A DNA stretch of 64,000 nt, taken from contig JBHJHA010000027.1 in assembly GCA_050331235.1 (NCBI GenBank), positions 1-64,000 of the forward strand, given 5' to 3'. The notes under the pieces were generated by a model. That model did not search any database. It worked only from the letters and a program-made list of their open reading frames with translations, and had not been told where the DNA came from. The translations under genes and the position numbers were made by a program. How positions within the stretch are numbered: the stretch's first letter is position 1; each line of letters starts with the position of its first letter. This stretch comes from Leptolyngbyaceae cyanobacterium (GTDB lineage Bacteria; Cyanobacteriota; Cyanobacteriia; Phormidesmidales; Phormidesmidaceae). Of the stretch, positions 40,757 to 52,800 are shown piece by piece.

Positions 40757-41632
40757 ATGGTGAGTCAGGCCCTTGAGCCGCAGTCTTGCGATCGCCAGCC
40801 CGAGTTGCGATCGCCTAAAAATCACGAAGTTGGTCCTTTTTCTTGGATACGGTTCACGTTTTTTACCGCCATTCATGGGGTCGCACTGCTGGCTCCCTGG
40901 CATTTTTCTTGGCTGGCGTTGGGCATTACTCTGCTGCTGCATTGGGTTACGGGCAGCTTGGGGATTTGCCTTGGCTTCCATCGCTTGCTTACCCACCGCA
41001 GCTTGCGGGTACCTAAATGGCTCGAATACGGTCTGGCAATTTGCGGCTGCTTGGCGATTCAGGGGAGTCCGATTTTTTGGGTGGCGGGTCACCGGCAACA
41101 CCATCTCCATACTGAGCATCGGGAAAAAGATCCCTACTCAGCACAACGGGGCTTTTGGTGGAGCCATATGCAGTGGGTACTTTACCGTCGTCCTGAGTTT
41201 TTTGAGTACGACCAATATGTCAAATTTGCCCCTGATTTGGCCAAAGACCCGGTTTATCGCTGGCTAGACAAATACTTTTATATCTTGCAAGTTCCCGTGG
41301 CACTACTGTGCTATGCCTTAGGCGGTTGGGACTTCGTCATTTGGGGCGTTGCCCTGCGGTTGGTGCTGCTTTGGCACTGCACTTGGTTTATCAATTCGGT
41401 CTGTCATATGTGGGGCGATCGCGTATATGACTGCCCCGACGACTCACGCAATCTATGGTGGGCCGCCATTTTGGCCTATGGCGAGGGCTGGCACAACAAC
41501 CACCACGCATTTCCCAATGTGGCTCCAGCAGGCCATACCTGGCGACAGGTTGATATGACGTGGTGGGCAATTTTGCTGTTGCAAAAGTTGGGGCTAGCGA
41601 CCCACGTCATCCTGCCGCCCCAAGAAGGCTGA
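40757..41632 (+). CDS. Delta-9-type fatty acid desaturase (DesC family)
   Basis: His boxes HRLLTH, HRQHH, HNNHH; GEGW. Confidence 0.92.
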   Translation: MVSQALEPQSCDRQPELRSPKNHEVGPFSWIRFTFFTAIHGVALLAPWHFSWLALGITLLLHWVTGSLGICLGFHRLLTHRSLRVPKWLEYGLAICGCLAIQGSPIFWVAGHRQHHLHTEHREKDPYSAQRGFWWSHMQWVLYRRPEFFEYDQYVKFAPDLAKDPVYRWLDKYFYILQVPVALLCYALGGWDFVIWGVALRLVLLWHCTWFINSVCHMWGDRVYDCPDDSRNLWWAAILAYGEGWHNNHHAFPNVAPAGHTWRQVDMTWWAILLLQKLGLATHVILPPQEG

Positions 41633-41683
41633 GCAGTGGGTAAACTGCTGGATTGAGAAAAAGTTCCCTAGTCAATCGGCCCC

Positions 41684-43120
41684 CTAAAGCGAGCCGTTGT
41701 AGCGAAATAAGTTATCCCAAACGTAGTCCAACACGGTACGCGCTTGCTCCAAGGACAGCACTTGGCAGCGATTTTGGGAGTCGTAGGTGAGCAGCGACTG
41801 GCGTTTTCCGCCCGGTTGTGTGCAGCCGCGAATCTTTTCCAGGTTTTGTAACGGACCTTGAATGTCAAAGTTGATGGTTTTACCCGTTTTTTCCAGCAGC
41901 CACGCTTCGATTTTGGCGTCTAAGGCAGGGGCCGTGAGGGGAGTCGGACTGGTCAGCAAATGGTAGTAAACCAAGATGACCTCTTTGCATTCTTCCTCTT
42001 CGGCGAGGTCCACCAGCATCTGAAACACGCTGGCGTTGTTGGCCAGATTTTTGAAAAACAGCGTGTCCGTGACTTCCTTTTGAAATTTGATGCGCTTGTT
42101 TTTGTACTGACTATATTGTTTGACGGCAAAACCGCCTAAGGCGATCGCGAGTGTCAGTGTGGCGATGAGCACCGGCATCACCTGCCGAGCTTGATCCTCT
42201 TCAACGTTGATCGACTGCAGTGCCGAGCGGGCATTCACTGCAATCATGATGGCAGCGATTAGCAGCAGCACGTTTGGCAAGGTTTTGATCAGCAGGGGCA
42301 CTGCTGCCCCGATAGCAGGACCAATCAGCATGACGCGATCGCGCAGGGTCATGCTGGTTTGAGTGTTAGGAAACAGCAGGTCTAGATCCAGCTTAGGAAT
42401 ATTTTTGTAGAAGTATACATACATCTTGCCGGGGTCAAAGGTACGACCGAGGGCACTCTGCTGCCGGTTCGCTTTGGCGCGGAAGTGTCCCGGCCCCTTA
42501 AAGCGAATTAACAGCACCAACCGCTCAAAGATATCGATGGTGTGCTCTTTTTCCCAAAAGACAAAACGCTTTTTGGTAGTCGTTTTGTTGACATCGCCCC
42601 GGCAATAGCAGAGAAAGTCTTCAAAATCATTGAAGTCTACTTCGGTTTTGAGTTGTACTAGTGAGCGATCGGCCAGGGATTGCTGAATCACCTCATTGGG
42701 CATCGGGTAGTAGTTGGCCTGCTCCAAAATCTGCTTGAAGGTATGCACCACCTGCGCCGCCATTTGTTCGCGCTCTTGTAGCGATTCCTCAAACAGTGGC
42801 TGGATCTCAGCGTTCGGATTAAAAACTCGATAGTTTTCTTTGAGGGTTTCTAACGCACTGTGGAATTGGATGTGGTAGAAGGCGGCGAGCAAGTCACAAA
42901 AAGACTGAAAGGTCCCTGCCGTTGCCAAGTCGAGACGACCGTCCTGCATACAGAGTTGCACAATATCCTGGCGCGGATACGGAATAAATGCTTCTGGCTG
43001 GGGAGTCTGCTTCTCCATGGAACGAATCAGCCTGATAGGTGCAGTCTTATTTTCCAGTGAGCGGTAAATCTTGTCGATTACCTGGGTGGAAAAAGTCGTC
43101 TCCGGCACAGCAATGTGCAT
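41684..43120 (-). CDS. DUF3754/TMEM143 family protein
   Basis: YKNIPKLDLDLLFP, LFFKNLANN, AEEEECKE..L.YY.L. Confidence 0.85.
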   Translation of the reverse strand: MHIAVPETTFSTQVIDKIYRSLENKTAPIRLIRSMEKQTPQPEAFIPYPRQDIVQLCMQDGRLDLATAGTFQSFCDLLAAFYHIQFHSALETLKENYRVFNPNAEIQPLFEESLQEREQMAAQVVHTFKQILEQANYYPMPNEVIQQSLADRSLVQLKTEVDFNDFEDFLCYCRGDVNKTTTKKRFVFWEKEHTIDIFERLVLLIRFKGPGHFRAKANRQQSALGRTFDPGKMYVYFYKNIPKLDLDLLFPNTQTSMTLRDRVMLIGPAIGAAVPLLIKTLPNVLLLIAAIMIAVNARSALQSINVEEDQARQVMPVLIATLTLAIALGGFAVKQYSQYKNKRIKFQKEVTDTLFFKNLANNASVFQMLVDLAEEEECKEVILVYYHLLTSPTPLTAPALDAKIEAWLLEKTGKTINFDIQGPLQNLEKIRGCTQPGGKRQSLLTYDSQNRCQVLSLEQARTVLDYVWDNLFRYNGSL

Positions 43121-43411
43121 TCAAAAACGTGATTGAATCGAGAAGCTTCTGCTGGCAGGGTTAACCGTTCGGTCATGATGATTTCGGCTAGCAACAAATT
43201 TTTGAACAGGATTCGCAACCGCTACATTCACGATCGCTGTCGCCTGACTCGGATAAGCATTCTCGGCCAATCAACCCATATTTTCCCAGATCGCCAAGCC
43301 CCTATCAGCGCCGACCGACCAATCACCTGACTTTTTCAAGCAGACATTCTGGGTCAGGCTGCATACCCTAGTTTGCGTAGCGGAGCAGCGTGAAAACACT
43401 GGAGGCGGGGC

Positions 43412-44188
43412 ATGAAACTCGATGGCAAAGTAGCCCTTGTAACAGGGAGCAGTCAGGGCATTGGGCAGGCGATCGCCATTCGGCTCGCTGCCGCCGGGGC
43501 AAAAGTTGTGATCAACTATCGCTCTCATCCGGAGGGCGCCACAGCAACCGTAGAGCAAGTCAATATCGCAGCGGGAGCAGAAGGCCAGGGCCACAGCATT
43601 CAGGCAGATTTGGGCAACATCGCAGACGTGCGCCGCCTGGTGAGCGAAAGCATTGAGCACTTTGGCCAAGTCGATATCTTGGTCAACAACGCCGGGATCG
43701 AAAAAAATGCCCCCTTTTGGGAGGTTGAAGAATCGGCCTTTGATGCGGTGTTCAATGTCAACCTCAAAGGTGTTTTCTTTGCGACCCAGGCCGTGACTCA
43801 GCATCTCATGGCGACCCAGCGCCCTGGCAAAATCATCAATATCAGCTCAGTCCACGAAGATTTGCCATTTCCCAATTTTGCAGCCTACTGCGCCAGCAAA
43901 GGAGGACTCAAAATGCTGACCCGCAACCTTGGGGTAGAGCTAGCTCCCTACGGCATCACCGTTAACAATGTGGCCCCTGGCGCGATCGAAACTCCGATCA
44001 ACACTAAATTGCTCAACGATCCGGAAAAGCTGGGTGCCCTCCTTCAAAATATTCCCCTCGGTCGGCTGGGGCAGCCGAAGGACGTCGCGGGCTTGGTCAA
44101 GTTCCTTGCGTCCGACGATGCCGACTACATCACTGGCAGCACCTTCTTTGTCGATGGGGGACTGACTTGGAATTACAAAGAGCAGTAG
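43412..44188 (+). CDS. Glucose 1-dehydrogenase-like SDR
   Basis: TGSSQGIG, NNAG, SSVHE, YCASK, PGAIETPIN. Confidence 0.92.
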   Translation: MKLDGKVALVTGSSQGIGQAIAIRLAAAGAKVVINYRSHPEGATATVEQVNIAAGAEGQGHSIQADLGNIADVRRLVSESIEHFGQVDILVNNAGIEKNAPFWEVEESAFDAVFNVNLKGVFFATQAVTQHLMATQRPGKIINISSVHEDLPFPNFAAYCASKGGLKMLTRNLGVELAPYGITVNNVAPGAIETPINTKLLNDPEKLGALLQNIPLGRLGQPKDVAGLVKFLASDDADYITGSTFFVDGGLTWNYKEQ

Positions 44189-44252
44189 ATTTCGTAGGTT
44201 TAGCTCTTTGACCATCGCTAGCCAAATTCTCTAGGCAACAGGAGGCTGAGGA

Positions 44253-45056
44253 ATGTGGATTTCGTTGCGATCGCACTGGCCCGAGTATTTGATGGAAGGT
44301 GCCGAGCTCGGCATCTTTATGCTGGTGGCTAGCGGCTTTGCGACGGTGCTTTATGCGCCAGCTTCGCCAGCCTCACAGTGGCTACTCCCGACATTTTGGC
44401 GAGGGGCTTTGATGGGAGCACTGGTCGGCATCACGGCGATCGCGATCATCTATTCCCCCTGGGGCAAGCGTTCTGGGGCGCACTTCAATCCTGCGGTAAC
44501 CCTGGCGTTTTATCGTTTGGGTAAACTGACCACCTGGGACGCGCTGTTTTATGTTTTAGCCCAGTTCATCGGCGGGGCACTTGGCATTTTCCTTGCCGCG
44601 CAGATTTTGGGCGATGCGTTCACCAATTTGCCGGTCAACTACATCGTCACGGTGCCCGGTAGTTGGGGGTGGCTCGGGGCGTTGATTGCCGAAGCCCTGT
44701 TAGCCTTTGGGCTGATGGCCATGGTGCTGGTCATTTCCAATCATCCCAAGTTACATCCATTGACTGGAGTTTGCGCGGGAATTTTGGTGGCGTTATTTAT
44801 CACCCTTGCTGCTCCCATCTCTGGCATGAGTATCAATCCAGCCCGCACGTTCGCCTCGGCACTAGCCGCAAATGTCTGGACTGCATTTTGGATTTACTAT
44901 CTGATGCCCCCGCTGGCGATGTTAGCGGCGGCGGAAGTCTACCAGCACATGACGCAGCGGCGGTCGCGGGAAATTTGTGGCAAGCTTTGCCCTAATCGCG
45001 AAACGCGCTGTATTTGTACTACCTGCCCCTGTATGGATGACCCTGATCAGCAATAG
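44253..45056 (+). CDS. MIP/aquaporin family channel
   Basis: Two NPA boxes (SGAHFNPAVT, SINPART); GGAGG RBS. Confidence 0.92.
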   Translation: MWISLRSHWPEYLMEGAELGIFMLVASGFATVLYAPASPASQWLLPTFWRGALMGALVGITAIAIIYSPWGKRSGAHFNPAVTLAFYRLGKLTTWDALFYVLAQFIGGALGIFLAAQILGDAFTNLPVNYIVTVPGSWGWLGALIAEALLAFGLMAMVLVISNHPKLHPLTGVCAGILVALFITLAAPISGMSINPARTFASALAANVWTAFWIYYLMPPLAMLAAAEVYQHMTQRRSREICGKLCPNRETRCICTTCPCMDDPDQQ

Positions 45057-45172
45057 GGTTGAGATCAATGTCAGCCGCGCCTTACATGACACAGAACCTG
45101 GCGCTTTGAACGCTTGTCTATACCTCCAGTCCTTGTGAGAAGATAGCCAGGAGTTCCTCAGACAGTGCTGCC

Positions 45173-47113
45173 ATGATTTGGATTGACTGGCTAATCGTAT
45201 TGGCCTATCTCATTTTGACCCTCTGGTTGGGACTTTATCTCTCACGACGTGCTTCTGGCTCACTGGTCGATTTCTTTGTGTCGGGGCGATCGCTGCCCTG
45301 GTGGCTAGCGGGCACGAGTATGGCGGCGACCACCTTTTCTATTGATACGCCTCTCTATATTGCTGGGGTAGTCGGCACGCGTGGCATTGCTGGCAACTGG
45401 GAATGGTGGAGTTTTGGCGTCGCCCACGTGGTAATGATTTACGTCTTTTCGCGGCTGTGGCGGCGATCGGAAATTGTCACCGATGCCGAGCTCACCGAAC
45501 TCCGCTACGGCGGCAACACCGGAGCTTGGTTACGAGGCATCAAAGCCTTTTTATTTGCCGTACCGATTAACTGCATCGGCATCGGTCTGGCCATGCTGGC
45601 TATGGTCAAAGTCATCACCGCCTTAGAACTGTGGGAAAGCTTGGGCTTTGACCCCGGTGATGACGCCAAGCTCTGGACAGTCATCGGCATCAGTCTATTT
45701 GTCCTGGTATACGCGGGCTTTGCCGGACTTTGGGGGGTAGTGGCAACAGACTTTCTACAGTTTTTTCTGGCGCTCTTTGGGGCCGTTGTGGTGGCTGGGG
45801 CAGCCTTGATCAAAATTGGCGGCATGGGGACTCTCATTGATGCGGTAAGCGCTCAGTTTGGTGCCGACACCTTAGCCTTAGTGCCGGTCAACTGGGGTGA
45901 AGGAGGGAGACTGCGCTGGAGCGAAACGGCGGGCATCTCCGTCAATACATTTCTGGCCTATATTGGCCTCCAGTGGTGGGCATTTCGTCGTAGTGATGGT
46001 GGTGGTGAATTCATCCAGCGGCTAGCGGCCTCTAAAAGTGAAGCCGAGGCGGAAAAAGCCGCCTGGTTTTTCAACATCTTGCATTATGTCGTCCGTACCT
46101 GGCCTTGGGTCGTGGTGGCGCTGGTGGCTTTGGTAATCTATCCCAACCTTGAAGATCGCGAACTGGGGTATCCCAAGCTAATGTTGGATGTTTTGCCGCC
46201 GGTCTTGTTAGGGCTGGTGGTGGCCTCCCTCGTTGCAGCTTTTATGAGTACGGTGTCGACGCTGATCAATTGGGGAGCTTCTTATCTGACCAATGATTTG
46301 TATGCCCGGGTCATCGATCCCACTGCCGAGGGGGAGCAACTCGTGTTTGTCGGTCGCGCTGCATCCGCATTGGTTACGGTGCTGGGTGCGATCGCCGCCT
46401 TTTATGCTCAAGATGTGACCACTATCTTCCGCTTGGTGATCGCGATCGGCACGGGGCCGGGCTTAGTACTGATTCTGCGGTGGTTTTGGTGGCGCATAAA
46501 TGCGGCCGCTGAGCTCGCGTCTATGGTGGCCGGATTTCTCATTGGCCTGCTGACTATCTCTATTGCCGACCCGGCCACTGCGCAAAATCCTTTCATTCGC
46601 GTGCTGGCGGTGATTCAGTCCCGAATTACAATTTTGCAGACGGCTGATTTTGGTCAGCGATTACTGGTCATTGCCGGTATTACAACGGTGATTTGGGTGT
46701 CGATAATGTACCTCACCGCGCCCGAAAGCCCCGAAACGCTGGCCCGCTTTTATCGCAAGGTGCACCCTGGCGGCCCCGGCTGGAATCGGCAGCGTGTAGC
46801 CGTCGGCGAACGTCCCATCCAGCTCTTGATGTTTTCTGGGGGCTGGCCACAAGTCGGCTTTGAGCAACCGGGAATATTGCCTGAGCAAGATTTATTGCTA
46901 CAGGCGCAACAAGTGATCGCCGCATTGGGTGTGCTATTTGGCAGTATGTTCGCGATCGGTGGTTTCTTACTCTTGCAGGCCAGCGTCGGGTGGGTGAGCT
47001 TAGTCATTGCGGTGCTGGGAGGCGTATGGCTACGACAGCTCAATCGAGCTCGCATTGAGCCAGTACCGAGACCCGGATTGGAAGATATGAGTAAACCGCT
47101 AGATGATCGGTAG
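45173..47113 (+). CDS. Sodium:solute symporter family protein
   Basis: FFVSGRSLPWW, GLWGVVATD, AAFMST; many TM helices. Confidence 0.93.
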   Translation: MIWIDWLIVLAYLILTLWLGLYLSRRASGSLVDFFVSGRSLPWWLAGTSMAATTFSIDTPLYIAGVVGTRGIAGNWEWWSFGVAHVVMIYVFSRLWRRSEIVTDAELTELRYGGNTGAWLRGIKAFLFAVPINCIGIGLAMLAMVKVITALELWESLGFDPGDDAKLWTVIGISLFVLVYAGFAGLWGVVATDFLQFFLALFGAVVVAGAALIKIGGMGTLIDAVSAQFGADTLALVPVNWGEGGRLRWSETAGISVNTFLAYIGLQWWAFRRSDGGGEFIQRLAASKSEAEAEKAAWFFNILHYVVRTWPWVVVALVALVIYPNLEDRELGYPKLMLDVLPPVLLGLVVASLVAAFMSTVSTLINWGASYLTNDLYARVIDPTAEGEQLVFVGRAASALVTVLGAIAAFYAQDVTTIFRLVIAIGTGPGLVLILRWFWWRINAAAELASMVAGFLIGLLTISIADPATAQNPFIRVLAVIQSRITILQTADFGQRLLVIAGITTVIWVSIMYLTAPESPETLARFYRKVHPGGPGWNRQRVAVGERPIQLLMFSGGWPQVGFEQPGILPEQDLLLQAQQVIAALGVLFGSMFAIGGFLLLQASVGWVSLVIAVLGGVWLRQLNRARIEPVPRPGLEDMSKPLDDR

Positions 47114-47246
47114 GATAGTGGGATGCAATGGTTGGGTGTGGAGCTTCCTACAGCGGAAGCATGCTTGTCGGGTACACTTGCCATTCTCGTACCGCACTTA
47201 ACATTGCTTGTTTGACTGGTCATACCTTTATCTTTATCTGATTAAA

Positions 47247-47468
47247 ATGGCTTTTTTTCGCAGCTACATTGCGCCGTTCCTGATTGTTCTTACGTTTTTG
47301 ATTGCGATGCTGGCCGTGAGCGCTCGCATCTTCTTACCCAATGACATGCAGGCACCAGCACCAATCGAAGACCCTGTGGGCTTGCCGCAACCAGGAGCCG
47401 AGCAACCGGTATCTCAGAATTTGGGCTCAGGGTCGGTATTGGCATCAGTGTTCCTAGACCGTGGATAA
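47247..47468 (+). CDS. Small single-TM protein
   Basis: FFRSYIAPFLIVL..AVSARIFLP.DM.APAP. Confidence 0.72.
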   Translation: MAFFRSYIAPFLIVLTFLIAMLAVSARIFLPNDMQAPAPIEDPVGLPQPGAEQPVSQNLGSGSVLASVFLDRG

Positions 47469-47955
47469 AACCCCATCCTTGCTATCGTTTGCCGTGGCCC
47501 ATTATGCCTTGCGGCGAGGCTCGATCGCTGATCGTGATTTGCTGGTAGAGTTTCTGAGCAAAACTTATCAAGAGGCCGCGGGGACACAGACGTTCTCCCA
47601 TCTAGCCGAGACGGTTGATCGGCACTTTTCGGAGCGGACACCTGTTTGGTGGGTGGAAATGGAAGCCACAGCGCAAGCAGACTCAGCGCAGCCAATTGGT
47701 TGCTTATGGCTGGGCAACGCCATTGATCAGCAGCGGGGTGAGCGTCACAGTTATGTCCTGGCGTTATATGTCTCGCCCGCCCACCGGCGCCGGGGGATTG
47801 CTACTGCCTTGATGCAGCATGCTCAGGATTGGGCTCGAGCGCGGGGCGATCATCAAGTAGGGCTCCAGGTGTATGCTGAGAATCCTGGTGCGATCGCCCT
47901 TTACCAAAAGCTGGGGTATCAAACTCACTCGCTGTGGTTGACCAAGCAGCTATGA
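47461..47955 (+). CDS. GNAT N-acetyltransferase
   Basis: LYVSPAHRRRGIATAL; N..AIALYQKLGY. Confidence 0.9.
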   Translation: MDKTPSLLSFAVAHYALRRGSIADRDLLVEFLSKTYQEAAGTQTFSHLAETVDRHFSERTPVWWVEMEATAQADSAQPIGCLWLGNAIDQQRGERHSYVLALYVSPAHRRRGIATALMQHAQDWARARGDHQVGLQVYAENPGAIALYQKLGYQTHSLWLTKQL

Positions 47956-48126
47956 TAAGGCGACGCAGACTTCAGCCTTGGGACCGACCCCGTAAAAGGG
48001 GAGACACTCCTCTCAGTTTTCTTTTCCAGCCCGTGGCAGTGGCCACCTCAGCCTCCGCTGGGAAGTCATAGTTTGGAATGCAGCGACTAATCAACACCGT
48101 GTCGGACCTCTTGACTCCTTTGCCGT

Positions 48127-49743
48127 ATGAACGCTTCCCCCACAACCACCAAAAGTGATTTGATCTGGGGGATAGTATTTGCCTTGGCGGCGCTCTTTCT
48201 TTTTTATATCGACTTAGGGGGAGTGCCTCTGCGTGATTGGGATGAGGGCACCGTAGCCCAGGTTGCAAAAGAGATGAGCCGCAGCGATACCTGGTCAACT
48301 TGGCTCCATCCTCAATTATGGGGGCAACCCTATCTCAACAAACCTCCCTTGATGCACAGCCTGATTGCAGGCGTTTTTAACCTTTGGGGCGTGCATACCT
48401 GGACGGCACGCTTGCCAGGCGCTACCTTGACAGCACTCTCGGTGCCGATGCTGTTTTTGCTGTGCCGAGAGCTCTTCACACTTCAGCTTTATGCCGTGAT
48501 GAGCACCGGCGTGTACCTGACGCTGTTGCCTGTCGTGCGACATGGGCGGCTGGCGATGCTAGATGGCGCGGTGGTTGCCTTCTTTATTGCCCTACTGTGG
48601 TTTCTCCTGCGATCGCGACGACAACCCAAGGCCTACATCGGCATCGGCATCTGCTTTGCCCTGATGTGTTTAACAAAGGGTATTTTGGGGCTACTGCTGC
48701 TGGCGATCGCGCTGCTATTTCTCCTGTGGGATGAGCCTAAAGCCCTGCTCTCACCTCACCTTTGGGCTAGCATTGCTCTGGGCAGCCTACTGGTCATTGG
48801 TTGGTACTTTTTGCAATGGCAGTTCTATGGCCAGCAATTTATCAACGTTACACTGCTCAATCAAAACTTTGAACGCGTGTGGGACAGCGTGGACAATCAC
48901 CAAGGTCCCCTCTGGTATTACCTCCTAGAGCTGTTGAAATATAGCTGGCCGTGGCTAATTTTCTGCCCGACCGGCATTTGGTTAACGGTAAAATCTCGTC
49001 ACCAAAGCTGGGCGAAGCTGCTATGGGTTTGGGCTGGGGGCTATGGGTTAGCGATTTCTCTTATGGGTACGAAATTGCCGTGGTACATATACCCGCTGTA
49101 TCCCGCTCTGGCCATGATTTGTGGGGTTGCACTGACAGCAACTTGGCGCATGCATCAATATTGGAACGGCCGTGATTTGGCGCTCAAGAGAATTCCTCAA
49201 TACTGGAGTGTATTGCTGGCGCTATTTAGCGTGGGCGGCGGCGGTGGCATCATCTACGCCAGTCCCTGGGGGGGAGAGCCGGCCCTGGCATTGCTGTTAA
49301 CGTTTTTAACCCTGATGGTGACTACGTGTGGAGCTGCACTGCTCGCGAGCCGCCAACAAACCCAGTTTATTCCTACGCTGTTGGTCGGGTTGTACATAGC
49401 CTTGATCTGTTTTGTAAATTCCGACCACTGGGTCTGGGAGCTCGGAGAAGCCTTCCCAGTAATGCCTATGGCAGACCTGGTCAACGCCAACGTATCGGTA
49501 ACAGACCCAATTTACATTGCTGACTTTTACGATCGCCCATCCCTTGACTTTTATTGCGATCGCCGAGTTGTAGCCCAGCCTTCGGAAACGCTAGCATCCA
49601 TTTGGCAGCAAACCAGTCCAGTTTACATCCTGACCAAAACGCCTACCTTCTTTCAAACCTCTCCTCAGCCTTTGGCCCAGGTTGGGGTGGTAGAGGATTG
49701 GGCCCTGATTGTTAATCAGACTGCTACGGCTAACGATTCCTGA
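48127..49743 (+). CDS. ArnT/PMT-like membrane glycosyltransferase
   Basis: DWDEG, YLNKPPL, ARLP, TKLPWY. Confidence 0.9.
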   Translation: MNASPTTTKSDLIWGIVFALAALFLFYIDLGGVPLRDWDEGTVAQVAKEMSRSDTWSTWLHPQLWGQPYLNKPPLMHSLIAGVFNLWGVHTWTARLPGATLTALSVPMLFLLCRELFTLQLYAVMSTGVYLTLLPVVRHGRLAMLDGAVVAFFIALLWFLLRSRRQPKAYIGIGICFALMCLTKGILGLLLLAIALLFLLWDEPKALLSPHLWASIALGSLLVIGWYFLQWQFYGQQFINVTLLNQNFERVWDSVDNHQGPLWYYLLELLKYSWPWLIFCPTGIWLTVKSRHQSWAKLLWVWAGGYGLAISLMGTKLPWYIYPLYPALAMICGVALTATWRMHQYWNGRDLALKRIPQYWSVLLALFSVGGGGGIIYASPWGGEPALALLLTFLTLMVTTCGAALLASRQQTQFIPTLLVGLYIALICFVNSDHWVWELGEAFPVMPMADLVNANVSVTDPIYIADFYDRPSLDFYCDRRVVAQPSETLASIWQQTSPVYILTKTPTFFQTSPQPLAQVGVVEDWALIVNQTATANDS

Positions 49744-49872
49744 CCCGATGAAGGCTCTCTTTAGCATTTCCCTAATAAAGCGCAAATTTTGCCAACTCCG
49801 ATAAGAGGCTCGGTATTGCGAGATGCATACCGAGCCAGACATTGTTTACTCAGCGATCGCTCCCTTCAAGGA

Positions 49873-52800
49873 CTACACCGAACTGAGAACCTTATCTTCC
49901 GTCGTTGCATCCGGATTTGCGACTGGAGTATCTGCTTCAGACGGGGGAACCACTTGCCAGAACTGAGGTAAATAAGCATCCCAATCGGCTAAAATTTTGG
50001 CCGCTTTGGGGCTGCCCGTCTGATCAGCATGGGCCCGAATCAGCATCTTGAGTTGAGCTGCCCCTGCCTCAGTAATTACCCGCTGCACCTTAACAATTTC
50101 TGGGTTGACCAGCGTTGGAAAACTGCCGGCTTCATCCAGGAAGTAGGCCAATCCACCCGTCATGCCCGCGCCAACATTGCGACCCACGGGCCCTAAGACA
50201 ACGACAACGCCTCCAGTCATATACTCACAACAGTGGTCGCCGGCCCCCTCAATGACAGCCTGCCCCTTAGAATTGCGCACGGCAAACCTCTCGCCCGCAA
50301 TGCCTTGGGCATAGAGCGTACCGCCAGTGGCACCGTAGAGACAAGTATTCCCCAAGATAACGTTTTCAGAGGGATCGTAAGCGATCCCCGCAAAGGGCTT
50401 GATGATGATCTCACCCCCGTGCATTCCTTTACCCACATAATCATTGGCCTCCCCAACGAGGGTTAGGGTCATGCCGGGAAGGTTAAAGGCCCCAAAGCTC
50501 TGCCCTGCCGTCCCGTCGAAGGTGAGGTTGAGATGGCCCTCGAAGCCGCTGTTGCCATGTCGGTCAGCGATCGCGCCAGAGACTCGGGCTCCGACGGTGC
50601 GGTCAGTATTGATGACCTTAAAGCGCTTGCTCACAGAGCCATGGTCCGCTATGGCGGTTTGGATATCAGCATCGGCCAGCAGCTCATCATCCAGAACGGG
50701 GCCATTGCTATGGATGCCGCCATGATTTAACCAAGTGCGGTCTTGGGAAACATCGGGCAACTCGAGCAGGGCGGCCAGCGTTAGCGAGTCAGTCTTCGTC
50801 AAGTCGACCCCGGTTCGCGGCTTCAGCAAGTCGGTACGGCCAACGATCTCGTTCAAGGATCGGAACCCTAAGCGCGCTAGCAGCGATCGCACCTCTTCAG
50901 CCACAAAATAGAAGAAGTTCACCACGTGCTCCGGAATGCCGGTGAAGCGCTTGCGCAGTTCCTCTTTTTGGGAGGCGACACCGACAGGACAGTTGTTGGT
51001 ATGACAGACCCGTGCCATGATGCACCCTTCAGCAATCATAGCAATGGAGCCAAAGCCATATTCCTCAGCTCCCATAAGTGCCCCCATGACAACATCCCAG
51101 CCAGTTTTCAGACCGCCGTCTACCCGCAGCAGCACGCGATCGCGGAGTTGGTTCGCCATCAAGACTCGGTGTACTTCAGTCAAGCCCAGTTCCCAAGGCA
51201 GGCCAGCGTGCTTAATAGAGCTCAAAGGTGACGCGCCAGTTCCTCCATCGTGCCCAGAGATTTGAATCACATCGGCATTGGCCTTGGCAACCCCCGCAGC
51301 AATGGTCCCAATGCCAATTTCTGCCACAAGCTTGACCGAGACCCCAGCCTTGGGATTGATCTGATGGAGATCAAAAATCAACTGAGCCAAATCTTCAATC
51401 GAGTAAATATCGTGGTGCGGCGGCGGCGAAATCAGCGGCACCCCAGGCTTAGAGCGGCGCAGCATGGCGATGTAGGAGCTCACTTTTTTGCCCGGTAGCT
51501 GCCCCCCTTCACCGGGCTTGGCCCCTTGAGCCATTTTGATCTCGATCTGCTTCGCGTGCATCAGGTATTCCGGCGTAACCCCAAAGCGGCCTGAAGCTAC
51601 CTGCTTGATGGCAGAACTGGCAGTGTCGCCATCTCTCAAGCCCTTCAAATTGGGGTAAAGTTCCGAGCGGCCTTCTACATCTACATTTTTCAGGACTTTG
51701 AAGCGCTTGGGATCTTCGCCTCCCTCCCCAGAGTTAGACTTACCGCCAATTCGGTTCATGGCGATCGCTAGCACCTCATGGGCCTCTTGGGACAGCGCCC
51801 CCAGAGACATCCCGCCTGTACAAAAACGCTCCATAATGCTAGCCGCGGGCTCCACCTCATCAATGGGCACCGGCGTGCGATCGCTGGTCAAATCCAGCAA
51901 ATCGCGAAGCGCCGTGGGGGTACGGTTTTCGAGGTGCGACTTATATAGCTCGTAGTGATCGTACTCTTTAGACTCCAGCGCTTTGTGGAGAGCTTTGGTC
52001 AAGGCGGGCGTGTTCATGTGATACTCACCCTTAGGCATCGCCTTGACAAAGCCCATGTTTTCCAATCGTTTCCCCCCCAGCTCTGGGAACGCCTTCTGAT
52101 GGAAAAGATTAGTCTCTTGGGCCAAATCCGTGAGGGTCAGCCCTCCCAACCGCGAAGTCGTCCCCCGGAAGGCTGTCTCGAGCAAATCAGGGCCAATACC
52201 AACCGCCTCAAAAATCTGCGCCCCCTGATAGCTGGTAATCAGCGAAATACCCATTTTGGACAGAATCTTGAGCAGGCCGTTCTCTACCGCTTTACGATAA
52301 TTGGCCTGGGCTCCGTTCAGAGTAACTCGCTCAATCTTCCCCGTCTCCATTAGTTTTTGTGTCCGGCTGTCATGCCACCAGTGGCGCACAGACTCAAGGG
52401 CCAAGTAGGGGCAAACCGCACTCGCACCATAGCCAATCAGGCAGGCAAAATGGTGGGTGCTCCAGCATTGAGCCGTGTCCACCACGATGGACGCATGCAT
52501 CCGCAAGCCTTGACGGATCAAATGATGGTGTACTGCTCCAGTGGCCACCAACGGCGGAATGTAGGTGGTATCGAGGTCTAGCGGACAGGTTTCTCCCTGA
52601 TCATTGGCGCGATCGCTGAGCACCAAAATTTCACTACCGGCTTTGACTGCAGCCGTGGCGCGATCGCATAGCTGTTGAATCGCTTGGTGCAGGCCATCGG
52701 GGCCACTATCCAGGGCACATAAAGTCGACAGCAGACTCGCCTGAAAGCCCGACTGCTGCACTTGCTCCAGCTCGGATTCATTCAACACAGGAGAATCTAG

